From positions 16,090 through 80,089 of the forward strand of contig JACRJV010000027.1 in NCBI GenBank assembly GCA_016215325.1: a stretch of DNA of 64,000 nt, written 5' to 3'. The position numbers and the translations under genes were made by a program. Origin of the DNA: Candidatus Uhrbacteria bacterium. Lineage in GTDB: Bacteria > Patescibacteriota > Patescibacteriia > JACRJV01. Below the pieces are notes generated by a model. That model ran no database searches, was not told the origin of the DNA, and saw only the letters and a list, made by a program, of their open reading frames with translations. Positions 17,306 to 26,274 of the stretch are shown here, piece by piece. Position 1 is the stretch's first letter. The number at the start of each line of letters is the position of its first letter.

Positions 17306-20300
17306 ATGTCCCAAGAGAGCCAAAAGTACAATCATGGAGAAATAGAGGAAAAGTGGCAGAAGCAATGGGTCGATCAGGGCATCTATCAACAGTACGATCG
17401 ACCGGAAAAGTTTTACGCGTTGGACATGTTCCCATACCCGTCCGGGGCGGGACTGCATGTCGGCCACCCCAAAGGCTATATTGCGACAGACGTGTTTACG
17501 CGCATGAAGATGCTCCAGGGCAAGAGCGTGTTGCACCCCATGGGGTGGGATGCTTTTGGATTGCCGGCCGAAAATTACGCGATTAAAAATAAGGTGCACC
17601 CCGCCAAGGCCGTTGCGGAGAACATCGTCGTGTTTAAACAGCAGCTCCAAAAAATCGGTTTTACGTATGATTGGGATCGCGAAGTGAATACCACTGATCC
17701 CGCGTATTATCGTTGGACGCAATGGATTTTTCTTAAGCTGTTTGAACACGGGCTTGCGTACGAAGCCGACGAACCCATCAACTGGTGCCCGTCGTGCAAG
17801 ACCGGGCTTGCCAATGAGGACCTGGAAGACGGCAAATGCGAACGGTGCAGCAGTGTCGTTGAGCAGAAGAAAATGCGGCAATGGAAATTGCGCATGACGG
17901 CGTATGCGGATCGGTTGCTCGAAGACTTAGACAAGACCAAGCTCCAGTGGGAAGAATCGATTAGAATCCAGCAACGCAATTGGATTGGCAGGAGTGAAGG
18001 GGCTATTGTAAAATTTTCAATTTCTCCGCCCAAGGCGGATCCGCCTCTGGCGGACAATTTCCAATTTCCAATTGACGTCTTCACCACCCGCATTGATACG
18101 ATTTTTTCTGGCACCTTTTTAGTGTTGGCTCCGGAGCATGAGTTCGTGGACGCAGTAAAGGAGCATATTCAGAATTGGAATGAAGTGGAAACATATCGTC
18201 AAACACTCCAAACCGTTTCTTTGATTGACCGCACTTCTGCAGGGCGAGAAATCACTGGTATTGAACTCAAAGGCATCACCGCGATCAATCCCGCGACCAA
18301 AGAATCGATGCCAGTCTGGATTGCCGATTTTGTATTGGCGCAATACGGTACGGGAGCTGTCTTTGCCGATGCGCACGATACTCGAGATTTTGCAATGGCA
18401 AAAAAATATCGTATTCCACTCAAGGTTTCTATCCAACCAGAGGATCCTGCATTGCTTGAGCAAGTGAAGGCCCTTGCTGTGTGTTATCCCGGCGAAGGAA
18501 AATTATTTAACTCCCAGCAGTTTGATGGAATGACTTCTGCTCAAGCGCGTCCAAAGATCGTTGAGTGGTTGTCGCAACAAGGGAGCGCGAAACCCACCGT
18601 CAACTACAAAATGCGCGACTGGGTGTTTAGCCGTCAACGGTATTGGGGCGAGCCGATCCCGCTCATTCATTGCGAACAATGCAAGAAGAAAAAATATCAA
18701 TATGTGTTTATCCATGGATTCACTGGGAGCTCTCAGGGTGTGTTTTTCCCGTGGCTTGCGCAAGAACTAAAACGTCAAGGACACACAGTGTTCTGCCCCG
18801 ATCTCCCCAACACCGAACATCCCAACATTCAAGAGCAAGTGGAATATATTTTGGACAATACCGCAATCAACGAAGACACGATCCTCGTCGGCCACAGTCT
18901 TGGGGGGGTTGTCATGATGAAATTATTAGAGCAGATCTCGGGCAGTGTCCGGCGCGCGGTATTTGTCGATCCGGTGGTATCCAAGACATTTAATGACCAT
19001 GCTCGGCCAGACGTGGAAAAGAGTAATGATTGGAAATTTGATTATGCAAAAATAAAATCAAACATTCGAGAAGTTGTTGTGTTGGCAGACGCTCGGCATC
19101 CTATTATTCGCGTCGAGGATATTGAGAAATTGCGAACAGTCTTGAATGCAAACCAGACGATCACCGTGCATCCGGAAGCAGACCATTTTACCGCCTCTCA
19201 AGAACCGGAAATTTTGCGGGCGATTGACAGCATCGGCACCATTGCGTTGTCGGAAGACGAGTTGCCGCTGAAATTGCCTGAGGTCGAGAAGTATGAACCC
19301 ACCGGCACGGGCGAATCACCGCTAGCGGGTATCCCTGAATGGGTGAATACAACGTGCCCGCAGTGCGGTGGGGCAGCCCGGCGCGAGACCAATACGATGC
19401 CGCAATGGGCAGGATCCAGTTGGTACTACCTCCGGTATATTGATCCGCGTAATGGTGCCGCACTGGTTGATTTGAACAAAGAAAAAGAATGGATGCCCGT
19501 CGATCTCTATGTCGGTGGCGCAGAGCATGCCACGCGACATTTGCTGTATGCGCGGTTTTGGCATAAGTTCTTGTATGATATTGGCTCGGTATCGACTATC
19601 GAACCCTTCAAGCGATTGATCAATGTCGGCCTTATCCTTGCCGAGGATGGCCGTAAGATGAGCAAGCGGTGGAGCAACGTCATTAATCCGGACGATATTA
19701 TCGAACACTACGGCGCAGACAGCTTGCGCTTGTACGAAATGTTCATGGGGCCGTTTACGCAAAGTATCGCGTGGAGCACCGATGGCGTTAAAGGTGTGCG
19801 GCGATTTTTGGATCGTGTCTGGAATTTGAAAGAGCGAACTCTGAACCCTAAACTCTCTACCCTGAACCCTAATATCGATCGCCTCCTCCACCAAACCATT
19901 AAAAAAGTCACGGACGACATCGAGGGTTTTAGATTTAATACCGCCGTATCTCAAATGATGATTTTAGTCAACGCAATGGAAAAAGCCGATTCTCTGCCCC
20001 TATCTCAATTCTCTATCTTGCTATTGTTGCTCAGCCCGTTCGCTCCGCACATGGCCGAAGAGTTGTGGCACCAGCTGGGAAACTCGGAATCGATTTTCGA
20101 AGCGCAGTGGCCACAGTACGATCCATCGCTTGCCAAAGAAAGCGAAGTGGAATTTGTGGTGCAGGTCAATGGCAAGGTGCGCGATCGGTTCGCGATTCCC
20201 GTGGGACTGCCAGAAGTCCAAGTCATTGCGCAATCGTTAGAACGCGATGCGGTCAGGGGGTGGCTGGAAGGCAAGCAAATCCGCAAGAAAATTTTTGTGC

Positions 20301-20332
20301 AGGATACGTTATTGAATATCGTCGTCTCATAA
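17306..20332 (+). CDS. leuS: Leucyl-tRNA synthetase carrying an inserted alpha/beta-hydrolase domain
   Basis: HIGH motif (HVGHPKGY), KMSKR motif, CP1 editing domain; 1008 aa, about 190 aa longer than typical LeuS. Confidence 0.92.
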   Translation: MSQESQKYNHGEIEEKWQKQWVDQGIYQQYDRPEKFYALDMFPYPSGAGLHVGHPKGYIATDVFTRMKMLQGKSVLHPMGWDAFGLPAENYAIKNKVHPAKAVAENIVVFKQQLQKIGFTYDWDREVNTTDPAYYRWTQWIFLKLFEHGLAYEADEPINWCPSCKTGLANEDLEDGKCERCSSVVEQKKMRQWKLRMTAYADRLLEDLDKTKLQWEESIRIQQRNWIGRSEGAIVKFSISPPKADPPLADNFQFPIDVFTTRIDTIFSGTFLVLAPEHEFVDAVKEHIQNWNEVETYRQTLQTVSLIDRTSAGREITGIELKGITAINPATKESMPVWIADFVLAQYGTGAVFADAHDTRDFAMAKKYRIPLKVSIQPEDPALLEQVKALAVCYPGEGKLFNSQQFDGMTSAQARPKIVEWLSQQGSAKPTVNYKMRDWVFSRQRYWGEPIPLIHCEQCKKKKYQYVFIHGFTGSSQGVFFPWLAQELKRQGHTVFCPDLPNTEHPNIQEQVEYILDNTAINEDTILVGHSLGGVVMMKLLEQISGSVRRAVFVDPVVSKTFNDHARPDVEKSNDWKFDYAKIKSNIREVVVLADARHPIIRVEDIEKLRTVLNANQTITVHPEADHFTASQEPEILRAIDSIGTIALSEDELPLKLPEVEKYEPTGTGESPLAGIPEWVNTTCPQCGGAARRETNTMPQWAGSSWYYLRYIDPRNGAALVDLNKEKEWMPVDLYVGGAEHATRHLLYARFWHKFLYDIGSVSTIEPFKRLINVGLILAEDGRKMSKRWSNVINPDDIIEHYGADSLRLYEMFMGPFTQSIAWSTDGVKGVRRFLDRVWNLKERTLNPKLSTLNPNIDRLLHQTIKKVTDDIEGFRFNTAVSQMMILVNAMEKADSLPLSQFSILLLLLSPFAPHMAEELWHQLGNSESIFEAQWPQYDPSLAKESEVEFVVQVNGKVRDRFAIPVGLPEVQVIAQSLERDAVRGWLEGKQIRKKIFVQDTLLNIVVS
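18683..19258 (+). other. In-frame inserted RBBP9/YdeN-like serine hydrolase domain within LeuS, between the CEQC and CPQC halves of the zinc knuckle
   Basis: YVFIHGF...FPWL...VGHSLGG...ADHF pattern of PF06821-like alpha/beta hydrolases; lower GC than the flanking leuS sequence. Confidence 0.7.
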
Positions 20333-20370
20333 GGCGCTGCAAACGTTCTGTTGGTTTTAGCGAGGATCCA

Positions 20371-20402
20371 AAAACACCGCTATCATCAGCGGTGTTTTTT
20401 GG
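20371..20402 (+). terminator. Rho-independent terminator after leuS
   Basis: AAAAACACCGCTATCATCAGCGGTGTTTTTT hairpin plus T-tract. Confidence 0.8.
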
Positions 20403-20499
20403 TATTAATTGAGGATTTGACGGAAACGGTGCGGGCCAGTAGGATCCCCGATAGTAGCTTCATACAAGAAGGAACCACGACATGGGAGGAGGTGACCTC

Positions 20500-20718
20500 A
20501 TGAAATTCCTTCTCACGGCCGTGTTATTCGGTGCCCTGTGTGCCGCGCTTTTTGCGCTGGGCACATGGCTGGCGTTTTGCGACCGGCTGGGCCGACTGGG
20601 GGCGTGGGTCCGCGACTTCCCCCTCAATGTCTTCCTGGCATTGGCGTGGATCGCGGTCCTGCCGGTGCGAGCGTTGCGCTATGTGATGGCGCTGGCTCGT
20701 GACGGGATTGAGTGGTAA
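20500..20718 (+). CDS. Small two-helix membrane protein, first gene of GC-rich segment A
   Basis: RBS GGAGGAGGTGA 6 nt upstream of the ATG; two hydrophobic helices; GC about 62%. Confidence 0.45.
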   Translation: MKFLLTAVLFGALCAALFALGTWLAFCDRLGRLGAWVRDFPLNVFLALAWIAVLPVRALRYVMALARDGIEW

Positions 20719-21012
20719 CTTCAACTTGCACGCAGAGTGGCTCCACTGGCCCTCACGAGGGATGCGCGCATCGACGATAAGGATGAGGAGGAACGGATGA
20801 AAAGACCGCAAACGGAACGCCGTGTCCGCAGCGATGGACGCGACGTGATCATATGTGTGGATTCGGACCCGCGGCGGCGGGGCCGAATGGGCGCGATCCT
20901 GGAGAAGGATTCGCGAAGCTCCGATCACCGCGAGGTGATCGGGATCCAATCGCTGGAGCCGGGGTTGCTGGAGAGCGAGCGGCTTCGGGCGCTGATCTTC
21001 AACATCATTTTC

Positions 21013-21051
21013 GCGGCCGGCACAGGGGTTCCCTCCCTCTGTTCCGGCCGC
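21013..21051. repeat. 39-nt palindromic repeat GCGGCCGGCACAGGGGTTCCCTCCCTCTGTTCCGGCCGC, copy 1
   Basis: Exact copy at about 22284-22322; stem of about 12 bp, then a T-rich tail. Confidence 0.7.
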
Positions 21052-21088
21052 TGCTTATTTTTGGGGATTAATGAGGACCGAATCGTTC

Positions 21089-21190
21089 GAGTCATCCTGA
21101 GCCCAAGCCAAGGATCTTACCGTTGAGGATTCCCCGCCTCGGGCGGGATCCCGCTGCGGCGGGACTTCGGCTCATGGCCTCAGAATGACG
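21089..21190 (+). other. Structured element of about 100 nt: long inverted repeat GTCATCCTGAG...CTCAGAATGAC enclosing two tandem GC hairpins
   Basis: Inner hairpins CCCGCC-TCG-GGCGGG and CCCGC-TGCG-GCGGG; followed by a T-run; no match to known RNA families. Confidence 0.35.
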
Positions 21191-21317
21191 ACTTTTTCAC
21201 AGCAAACGCGTACGTCCGGCGCAATAGCGTGTCGGCAGTTTTTTGTTTGTTTGACAAGGGGGGGGTGCAGTTTGCTAGCATAGGGCGACCATCAACATCG
21301 TGGAGAGGAGGACTACT

Positions 21318-21701
21318 TTGAAAATTGCGTGCGTGGGCTTCAAGGCCGAATTCGTCGTGCGCTTGCGCGACCATGGACTCAACGAGGAATTCCAGGATCC
21401 AGGGATCGTCTACGATTATGTCGACGATTCGACCACCGCGGCGCATCGAGGGACGCTGGAAGGGGCCGACCTGGTGCTTGCCACGTCCGGCAGCGCCATC
21501 AGTTTGATTGCCGATGCCAAACGGCATCGTGTGGCTGATCGCCTGGTGGTGATTACCAAGGACACCGCTGATCCCAATGCGCAGTTCGTGGTAGAGACTA
21601 CGGGCGGAACGACCTTTGTCTGGACGGACAAGGTCACCCACCCGCGCGATCTGGCCAAGCATGCGCGGATCCATCTGGAGAAGATTCGCCGCAACGGCTG
21701 A
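21318..21701 (+). CDS. Hypothetical protein in GC-rich segment A
   Basis: Strong RBS GGAGAGGAGGA 5 nt before a TTG start (alternative GTG at 21300); GC about 60%. Confidence 0.5.
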   Translation: MKIACVGFKAEFVVRLRDHGLNEEFQDPGIVYDYVDDSTTAAHRGTLEGADLVLATSGSAISLIADAKRHRVADRLVVITKDTADPNAQFVVETTGGTTFVWTDKVTHPRDLAKHARIHLEKIRRNG

Positions 21702-21797
21702 CAACCATCACCAGCGCGCAGAGGCTTTGCGTTCCGTCAGACGATGGGGCGGATGCTTCGCGAGGGATGCGTGCTTCTACCGAAATAGGAGGCAATC

Positions 21798-22265
21798 ATG
21801 CCGAGACCCCCTAAGGGTTGTAAGCAGGACCACTCGAGCGGCTGGTGGCTGCTCAACTTTGACAGCGATCCCGTCTTCCGGGGTCGCATTGACACGTTCG
21901 GCCACCTGGCGATGGGTGGCATGGACTACAACCGCAAGGATTCCGCTGACGTGGCGTTGGCGATCGCTGATGGTCGCCTCAAGAGCGCAACGCTCTGCTT
22001 CATTCCGGTGGAGCTTGGCGAAGCGGACTTGGGGCGCCTGCTGGCCGAGGCCAAGGTGCAGGGCTCCGCCAACCGCTGCGTGATCACCTACTTCGCGGCG
22101 GACCGCGACAAGGAGCACGCCGAATTCTGGGCCGGCAAGTTCGGTTCCGTCGCGCTTCACAAGAACATGGAGTCGACCGAGCCCAGCGCTGAAGCCTTCT
22201 TCAAGGCCGCCAGCAAGCAGCGCGAGAAGGCTGCCCTCCAGGGCGGCATGGGCTGCACGATCTGA
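21798..22265 (+). CDS. Hypothetical protein in GC-rich segment A
   Basis: RBS AGGAGG 6 nt before the ATG; 155 aa. Confidence 0.55.
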   Translation: MPRPPKGCKQDHSSGWWLLNFDSDPVFRGRIDTFGHLAMGGMDYNRKDSADVALAIADGRLKSATLCFIPVELGEADLGRLLAEAKVQGSANRCVITYFAADRDKEHAEFWAGKFGSVALHKNMESTEPSAEAFFKAASKQREKAALQGGMGCTI

Positions 22266-22283
22266 TTCCTCGGTTCACATTCA

Positions 22284-22322
22284 GCGGCCGGCACAGGGGT
22301 TCCCTCCCTCTGTTCCGGCCGC
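22284..22322. repeat. 39-nt palindromic repeat, copy 2, immediately after the stop of 21798..22265
   Basis: Identical to 21013-21051. Confidence 0.7.
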
Positions 22323-22354
22323 ATCTCTTTTATTGCGAGATAGATCGAGATAAC

Positions 22355-22440
22355 GATACGAAGATATGAAGAATTTTCGATCGCAAATTTCCAATAAATT
22401 TTTTTGCCCCTTCGTATCCTCATCTCTTTATATCTCATTT
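22355..22440. mobile_element. AT-rich MITE-like palindromic element with GATACGAAG / CTTCGTATC terminal inverted repeats, sitting in the GC-rich segment
   Basis: Related copies upstream of tmk (about 54391-54473) and upstream of glyA (about 172-215); sharp GC drop relative to its flanks. Confidence 0.45.
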
Positions 22441-22444
22441 CGGA

Positions 22445-22473
22445 TTGACACCCTCCTTGGCCTGCGATAGCAT
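22445..22473 (+). promoter_or_regulatory. Putative promoter: TTGACA, 17-nt spacer, TAGCAT
   Basis: Hexamers read from the sequence upstream of the 22567 ORF. Confidence 0.35.
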
Positions 22474-22566
22474 GGGGCCACGTTTCACATTCACAGAATT
22501 CCGGCGGGAGGGCGCTGGGATTCTCAAAACATCGGCCCGTTGTCCATCGGACCGAAAGGAGGCCAC

Positions 22567-22989
22567 TTGGCCGCTCGACGAGTACTCGCGGTCGGGAGCG
22601 AAGCGCTCCTCGACTGGTGCCGGCAACACGTCGGCAAAATCGTAGTAGAGCCGGGGCTCTACAGCGTGTTGGAGCCCGAGACTGTTCTTCGGAAGGGGTT
22701 GCTGGCAGGACTCGTCCTCGGATTCGTCGAGGCCGCACTCGAAGGCGCCGAGGACTTGCTTTCGGCCGCACGTCGGACTGGTTGCCACAAGGTTCTGATC
22801 TTCGTCCACAGCGGGAGCCAAGGTCAGCACGACGCAGAGCAGCTAGCAGGCCTGGCGGGCAGCGTCCACATCGACCTGGGGGCAGACCCCGACCATGCGG
22901 TCGAAGAGATCAACGAGCATCTCCAACGGCTCGTTCACCCGGAACCGGTCAGACGTGTCCCGGCGTCCGAGCGTCAGGGGGTGAATTGA
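22567..22989 (+). CDS. Hypothetical protein (GC-rich)
   Basis: RBS AAGGAGG 5 nt upstream of a TTG start; the listed ORF start at 22540 places the RBS inside the ORF, so the downstream start is preferred. Confidence 0.4.
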   Translation: MAARRVLAVGSEALLDWCRQHVGKIVVEPGLYSVLEPETVLRKGLLAGLVLGFVEAALEGAEDLLSAARRTGCHKVLIFVHSGSQGQHDAEQLAGLAGSVHIDLGADPDHAVEEINEHLQRLVHPEPVRRVPASERQGVN

Positions 22990-23152
22990 CCTTGCGGTCC
23001 GCGTAAGAGCCCTCCCTCTTGCCCGGACCGCGTTTCTTTTATAGGGCAGACGAGCAGATAAGCCTGCCTGCCGGTAGGCAGGGAGGTAAAGAGACAAAGA
23101 TATACGGGCGGATAATTGGATAAAGTATTGCGGTATGGTAGGGTGATGGTGT

Positions 23153-24256
23153 ATGGATTGGGATCAATTTGTTCAACGGCATGCCGGCGATGGAGGGCTG
23201 TTGCAGTCCAGTAGCTGGGCCAAGTTTCAGCGTGGGCTGGGAAGAACGGTAGATGCTATTGTCATTCCCGCGAAGGCGGGAATCCAGAAAATAAAAACTG
23301 ATCGTGGATCCCTGCCTATCGGGCGGGCAGGCCCGATCTCGGTCGGGGATGACACCGCAATGGTTGCGTTAATCATTGAACATAGATTCCCGTTTGGTCA
23401 GTCGTATGTGTATTCGCCGAGGGGGCCGGTCACAAAATTTCCAATTTCCCTGCCTTGCTGGCAGGCAGGCAATTTCCAATTTTCAATGAACGGTATTGTT
23501 AGTGAAATCCGCAAGAAATTCCCAAAGGCAATTTATTGGAGAGTAGAGCCACCATACGAAAATTTTCAATTTCCCTGCCTTGCCGGCAGGCAGGCAATTT
23601 CCAATTTCCAATTAAGGAGTGCTCCGCACAATGTGCAGCCAGCGACGACGCTCATTATCGATCTTTCAACATCCGAAGAAGAACTCTTGGCGCAGATGAA
23701 ACAGAAGACGCGATACAACATTAAGATTTCACAACGACATGGGGTGCGAGTTTCAGTAAACAGTGAACAAGAAACAGTAAACAACTTTCTGGATTTGTTG
23801 GAAGAAACGGCCAAACGCGATGGGTTCCGTGTTCATCCGCGGGGGTATTATCAGAAATTTCTCACCCTCACCCCAACCCTCTCCCAGGGGGAGAGGGGGT
23901 TGAGCATCGAACTCTTCGGCGCTTTCCACGGCGATCAGCTCCTCGCCGGTGCCATTGTCGCGTTCTACGGCAAGTGGGCGTATTACTTGCACGGAGCTTC
24001 GTCATCCGGGCGTCGCGACTTGATGGCTCCGTATTTCTTGCATTGGGAAATTATGCGGGAAGCCAAACGGCGTGGGTGCACGAAGTATGATTTTTGGGGG
24101 GCAGGGGATGAATGGCCGGGCGTTTCCAAATTTAAAACCGGCTTTGCGCCGGCAACTGCGTTGACTCACTATCCTGGAACGTTTGATATTGTCCTTGACC
24201 GGAAAAAATATTTCGTGTATCGTGCGTTTCAAACGATTCGACGCCTCGGGTCGTAG
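23153..24256 (+). CDS. FemAB-family peptidoglycan peptide-bridge aminoacyltransferase carrying three in-frame repeat-element insertions
   Basis: C-terminal YYLHGASSSGRRDLMAPYFLHWEIMREAKRRGCTKYDFWGAG...FKTGFAP is typical FemX/FemAB; the N-terminal half is interrupted by palindromic elements. Confidence 0.7.
   Translation: MDWDQFVQRHAGDGGLLQSSSWAKFQRGLGRTVDAIVIPAKAGIQKIKTDRGSLPIGRAGPISVGDDTAMVALIIEHRFPFGQSYVYSPRGPVTKFPISLPCWQAGNFQFSMNGIVSEIRKKFPKAIYWRVEPPYENFQFPCLAGRQAISNFQLRSAPHNVQPATTLIIDLSTSEEELLAQMKQKTRYNIKISQRHGVRVSVNSEQETVNNFLDLLEETAKRDGFRVHPRGYYQKFLTLTPTLSQGERGLSIELFGAFHGDQLLAGAIVAFYGKWAYYLHGASSSGRRDLMAPYFLHWEIMREAKRRGCTKYDFWGAGDEWPGVSKFKTGFAPATALTHYPGTFDIVLDRKKYFVYRAFQTIRRLGS
23262..23340 (+). 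repeat. Palindromic insertion (ATTCCCGCGAAGGCGGGAAT hairpin plus a CCCTGCC...GGCAGG variant) inside the FemAB-like CDS
   Basis: Perfect 8-bp stem; in-frame; encodes IPAKAGIQ... Confidence 0.5.
23434..23488 (+). repeat. Repeat element AAATTTCCAATTTCC-CTGCCTTGCTGGCAGGCAGG-CAATTTCCAATT inserted in-frame in the FemAB-like gene
   Basis: Near-identical copy at about 23549-23613; the CCTGCC-N8-GGCAGG palindrome also occurs at about 13281, 23063 and 36187. Confidence 0.65.
23549..23613 (+). repeat. Second copy of the TTCCAATTTCC-CTGCCTTGCCGGCAGGCAGG-CAATTTCCAATTTCC element in the FemAB-like gene
   Basis: As above. Confidence 0.65.
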
Positions 24257-24281
24257 AGTCTCCAGGAGGTGGAGAGTGATC

Positions 24282-24479
24282 ATGACCAAGCTCCGTCTGG
24301 TACCCAGCGGAGCGAAATTCAAGCTCAAGGATCGGCCGGAAATCTACACCAAGCTCCCCGAACCCGTTCAGCGCCAAGGGGAGTGGTGGGTGGCAGTCCG
24401 CACTGACGGGCTCTACTCCTTTTCAAGAGGACACCACGACGACAAGAAAGTCATCATGGTGTCAGTGCCCGAACGGTAA
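24282..24479 (+). CDS. Small hypothetical protein (65 aa, GC-rich)
   Basis: RBS GGAGGTGGAG upstream of the ATG; followed by a strong terminator. Confidence 0.45.
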   Translation: MTKLRLVPSGAKFKLKDRPEIYTKLPEPVQRQGEWWVAVRTDGLYSFSRGHHDDKKVIMVSVPER

Positions 24480-24497
24480 TGGCGCTATTCTACTCCC

Positions 24498-24540
24498 AGC
24501 CCTCTCCGGCGCTTCGCGCGTTCGGAGAGGGCTTCTTTCT
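24498..24540. terminator. Bidirectional terminator hairpin AGCCCTCTCCG...CGGAGAGGGCT
   Basis: 10-bp perfect stem plus T-tract; lies between the small ORF and the convergent prfA. Confidence 0.7.
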
Positions 24541-24558
24541 ATTGTTCATGAAAAAATA

Positions 24559-25635
24559 TTAACTGCTGAGCGGGGCAGGATTCGTACTTTTCTCCGTTTC
24601 TTGCAGCGCCTTGGAAATTCCCTCAATATCTCCATCCAGAATCGAGGGGAGCTGGTGCCAGCTTTGCCCAATGCGGTGGTCGGTGACCCGATCTTGCGGG
24701 AAGTTATACGTGCGGATCTTTTCGCTGCGATCGCCGCTGCCGATCTGGGATTTGCGGGCGGCGCTGTCGGCTTGCCGGCGCTTTTCTTGCTCAAGGGCAA
24801 ATAACCGCGTCCGCAGCACTTCCATGGCTTTTCCCCGATTTTGGAGCTGACTGCGTTCGTCTTGGCAACTCACAAAAATTCCCGTGGGCAAGTGTGTTAA
24901 ACGGATTGCGGAGTATGTCGTGTTCACACTCTGCCCCCCATGGCCGGATGATGTCGAGGTTTCGATTTTTAAATCTTTGGGGTCAATCATAATGTCGAGC
25001 TCCTCGGCCTCGGGCATGACCGCGACGGTCACCGTAGAGGTGTGCACGCGGCCGTTTTTCTCGGTCTCGGGCACGCGTTGCACGCGGTGGACTCCGGCTT
25101 CGAACTTGAGCCACTTCCAAACATTTCCCCCCTCAATCTTGATCACCACCTCTTTGTAGCCGCCAATGCCGATACGATTGGTAGAAAGGATGATTGTTTT
25201 CCAGCCCATCCGCTCCGCAAAGCGCGTGTACATGCGGTAGAGCTCTGCGCTGAAGAGCGCCGATTCATCGCCCCCGGCGCCAGCCCTGATTTCCATGATA
25301 ATATTGCGGCGGTCTAATGGGTCTGGGGGATTTAAGAGTTCATCCAGTTGCTGTTCAAGTTTGTTGCGTTCGTCCTCAAGGCCGGGGAGTTCTTGGTTGG
25401 CGAGCCCCGCGAGTTCGCTCGTGGAATCCTCCGCAATCAATGTTTTATGTTCTTTCAGTTCGTTCTCGATGCGTTCGAGCTCGGTGAGCAATTCATGTTG
25501 CTGCGAAATTTCGCGGAATTGTTTTGAAGTGGTTTTGAGTTTTTGAGCATCACTCAATACCGCCTCGCTGGAAAGTTCAGTTTGCAGGCGTTGATGGGTT
25601 TGGCGGATGTTTTGGCGCTGAGTTGGAGTGATCAT
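24559..25635 (-). CDS. prfA: Peptide chain release factor 1 (atypical PET tripeptide)
   Basis: GGQ motif (SGHGGQSVN); RF1-type recognition loop RVQRVPETE...GRVHTS; alternative start at 25683. Confidence 0.85.
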   Translation of the reverse strand: MITPTQRQNIRQTHQRLQTELSSEAVLSDAQKLKTTSKQFREISQQHELLTELERIENELKEHKTLIAEDSTSELAGLANQELPGLEDERNKLEQQLDELLNPPDPLDRRNIIMEIRAGAGGDESALFSAELYRMYTRFAERMGWKTIILSTNRIGIGGYKEVVIKIEGGNVWKWLKFEAGVHRVQRVPETEKNGRVHTSTVTVAVMPEAEELDIMIDPKDLKIETSTSSGHGGQSVNTTYSAIRLTHLPTGIFVSCQDERSQLQNRGKAMEVLRTRLFALEQEKRRQADSAARKSQIGSGDRSEKIRTYNFPQDRVTDHRIGQSWHQLPSILDGDIEGISKALQETEKSTNPAPLSS

Positions 25636-25701
25636 AGTGAGAGTATATCGGCGTTTTTGTTGAGCGTCAAAAAACTCCCCCAAGTGGGGGAGTTTTGAGT
25701 C

Positions 25702-26025
25702 TCAGTTTTGGGGTTGCTCAATCTTTGGTTCTGCCGTCTCCTTTTCTTTTGCCGCTTCTTTGCGCTTAAGGGTCCGGGCTGCTTGTTTGGCGCGCTTGCC
25801 TTTGCGTGTGCTAGCCACTTCGGCTTTCTGGGTCATGCGTTTTTGATATTTATCAACGCGTCGGGCGGTGTCGAGGATGCGTTGCGTACCCGTGTAATAC
25901 GGGTGGCATTTGGCGCAGACTTCGATGTGGATTTCGGGGATGGTGGAACCAACCTCCAGACGATTACCGCAGGAGCAGACGATCACGGCGTTGGTATGAT
26001 ACTTTGGGTGGACGTCGGATTTCAT
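25702..26025 (-). CDS. rpmE: 50S ribosomal protein L31
   Basis: MKSDVHPKYH...CSCGN...CAKCHPYYTG; the listed ORF runs upstream across noncoding sequence, the true start is at 26025. Confidence 0.9.
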   Translation of the reverse strand: MKSDVHPKYHTNAVIVCSCGNRLEVGSTIPEIHIEVCAKCHPYYTGTQRILDTARRVDKYQKRMTQKAEVASTRKGKRAKQAARTLKRKEAAKEKETAEPKIEQPQN

Positions 26026-26274
26026 AAATACATAACGCGAATACCGTTCAGCCGCAACGGCTAGTCGGGCATGCGAATACCGCGAATAATTTTTGTAGAA
26101 ATAGTATACCATCATGAGTCGTGCTTGACAAGGGAGGGGAATGGCCGGTAGGGTTGGGGGAGAATCATGTTTAGAGCGAGTCCATCGCCGCCCCACACGG
26201 GTGGCGATTGTTTTTTCCGGTGGCTCAACAGCGACCGGAGATCGGATCACCCGCACAGGGTGAGAGGAGCGGTC

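Noticed and set aside
17306-20332. An intein inside leuS, to explain the 190-aa insert
   Set aside because: The insert lacks the N-terminal Cys/Ser/Thr and C-terminal HN plus Cys/Ser/Thr splice junction and has no intein blocks; it looks like an alpha/beta-hydrolase domain instead.
20737-21126. The 129-aa ORF at the start of GC-rich block A
   Set aside because: It runs through the 39-nt palindromic terminator-like repeat and the start of the structured element, has no RBS, and is Arg/Asp-rich in a way typical of GC-rich noncoding translation; it is probably not a gene.
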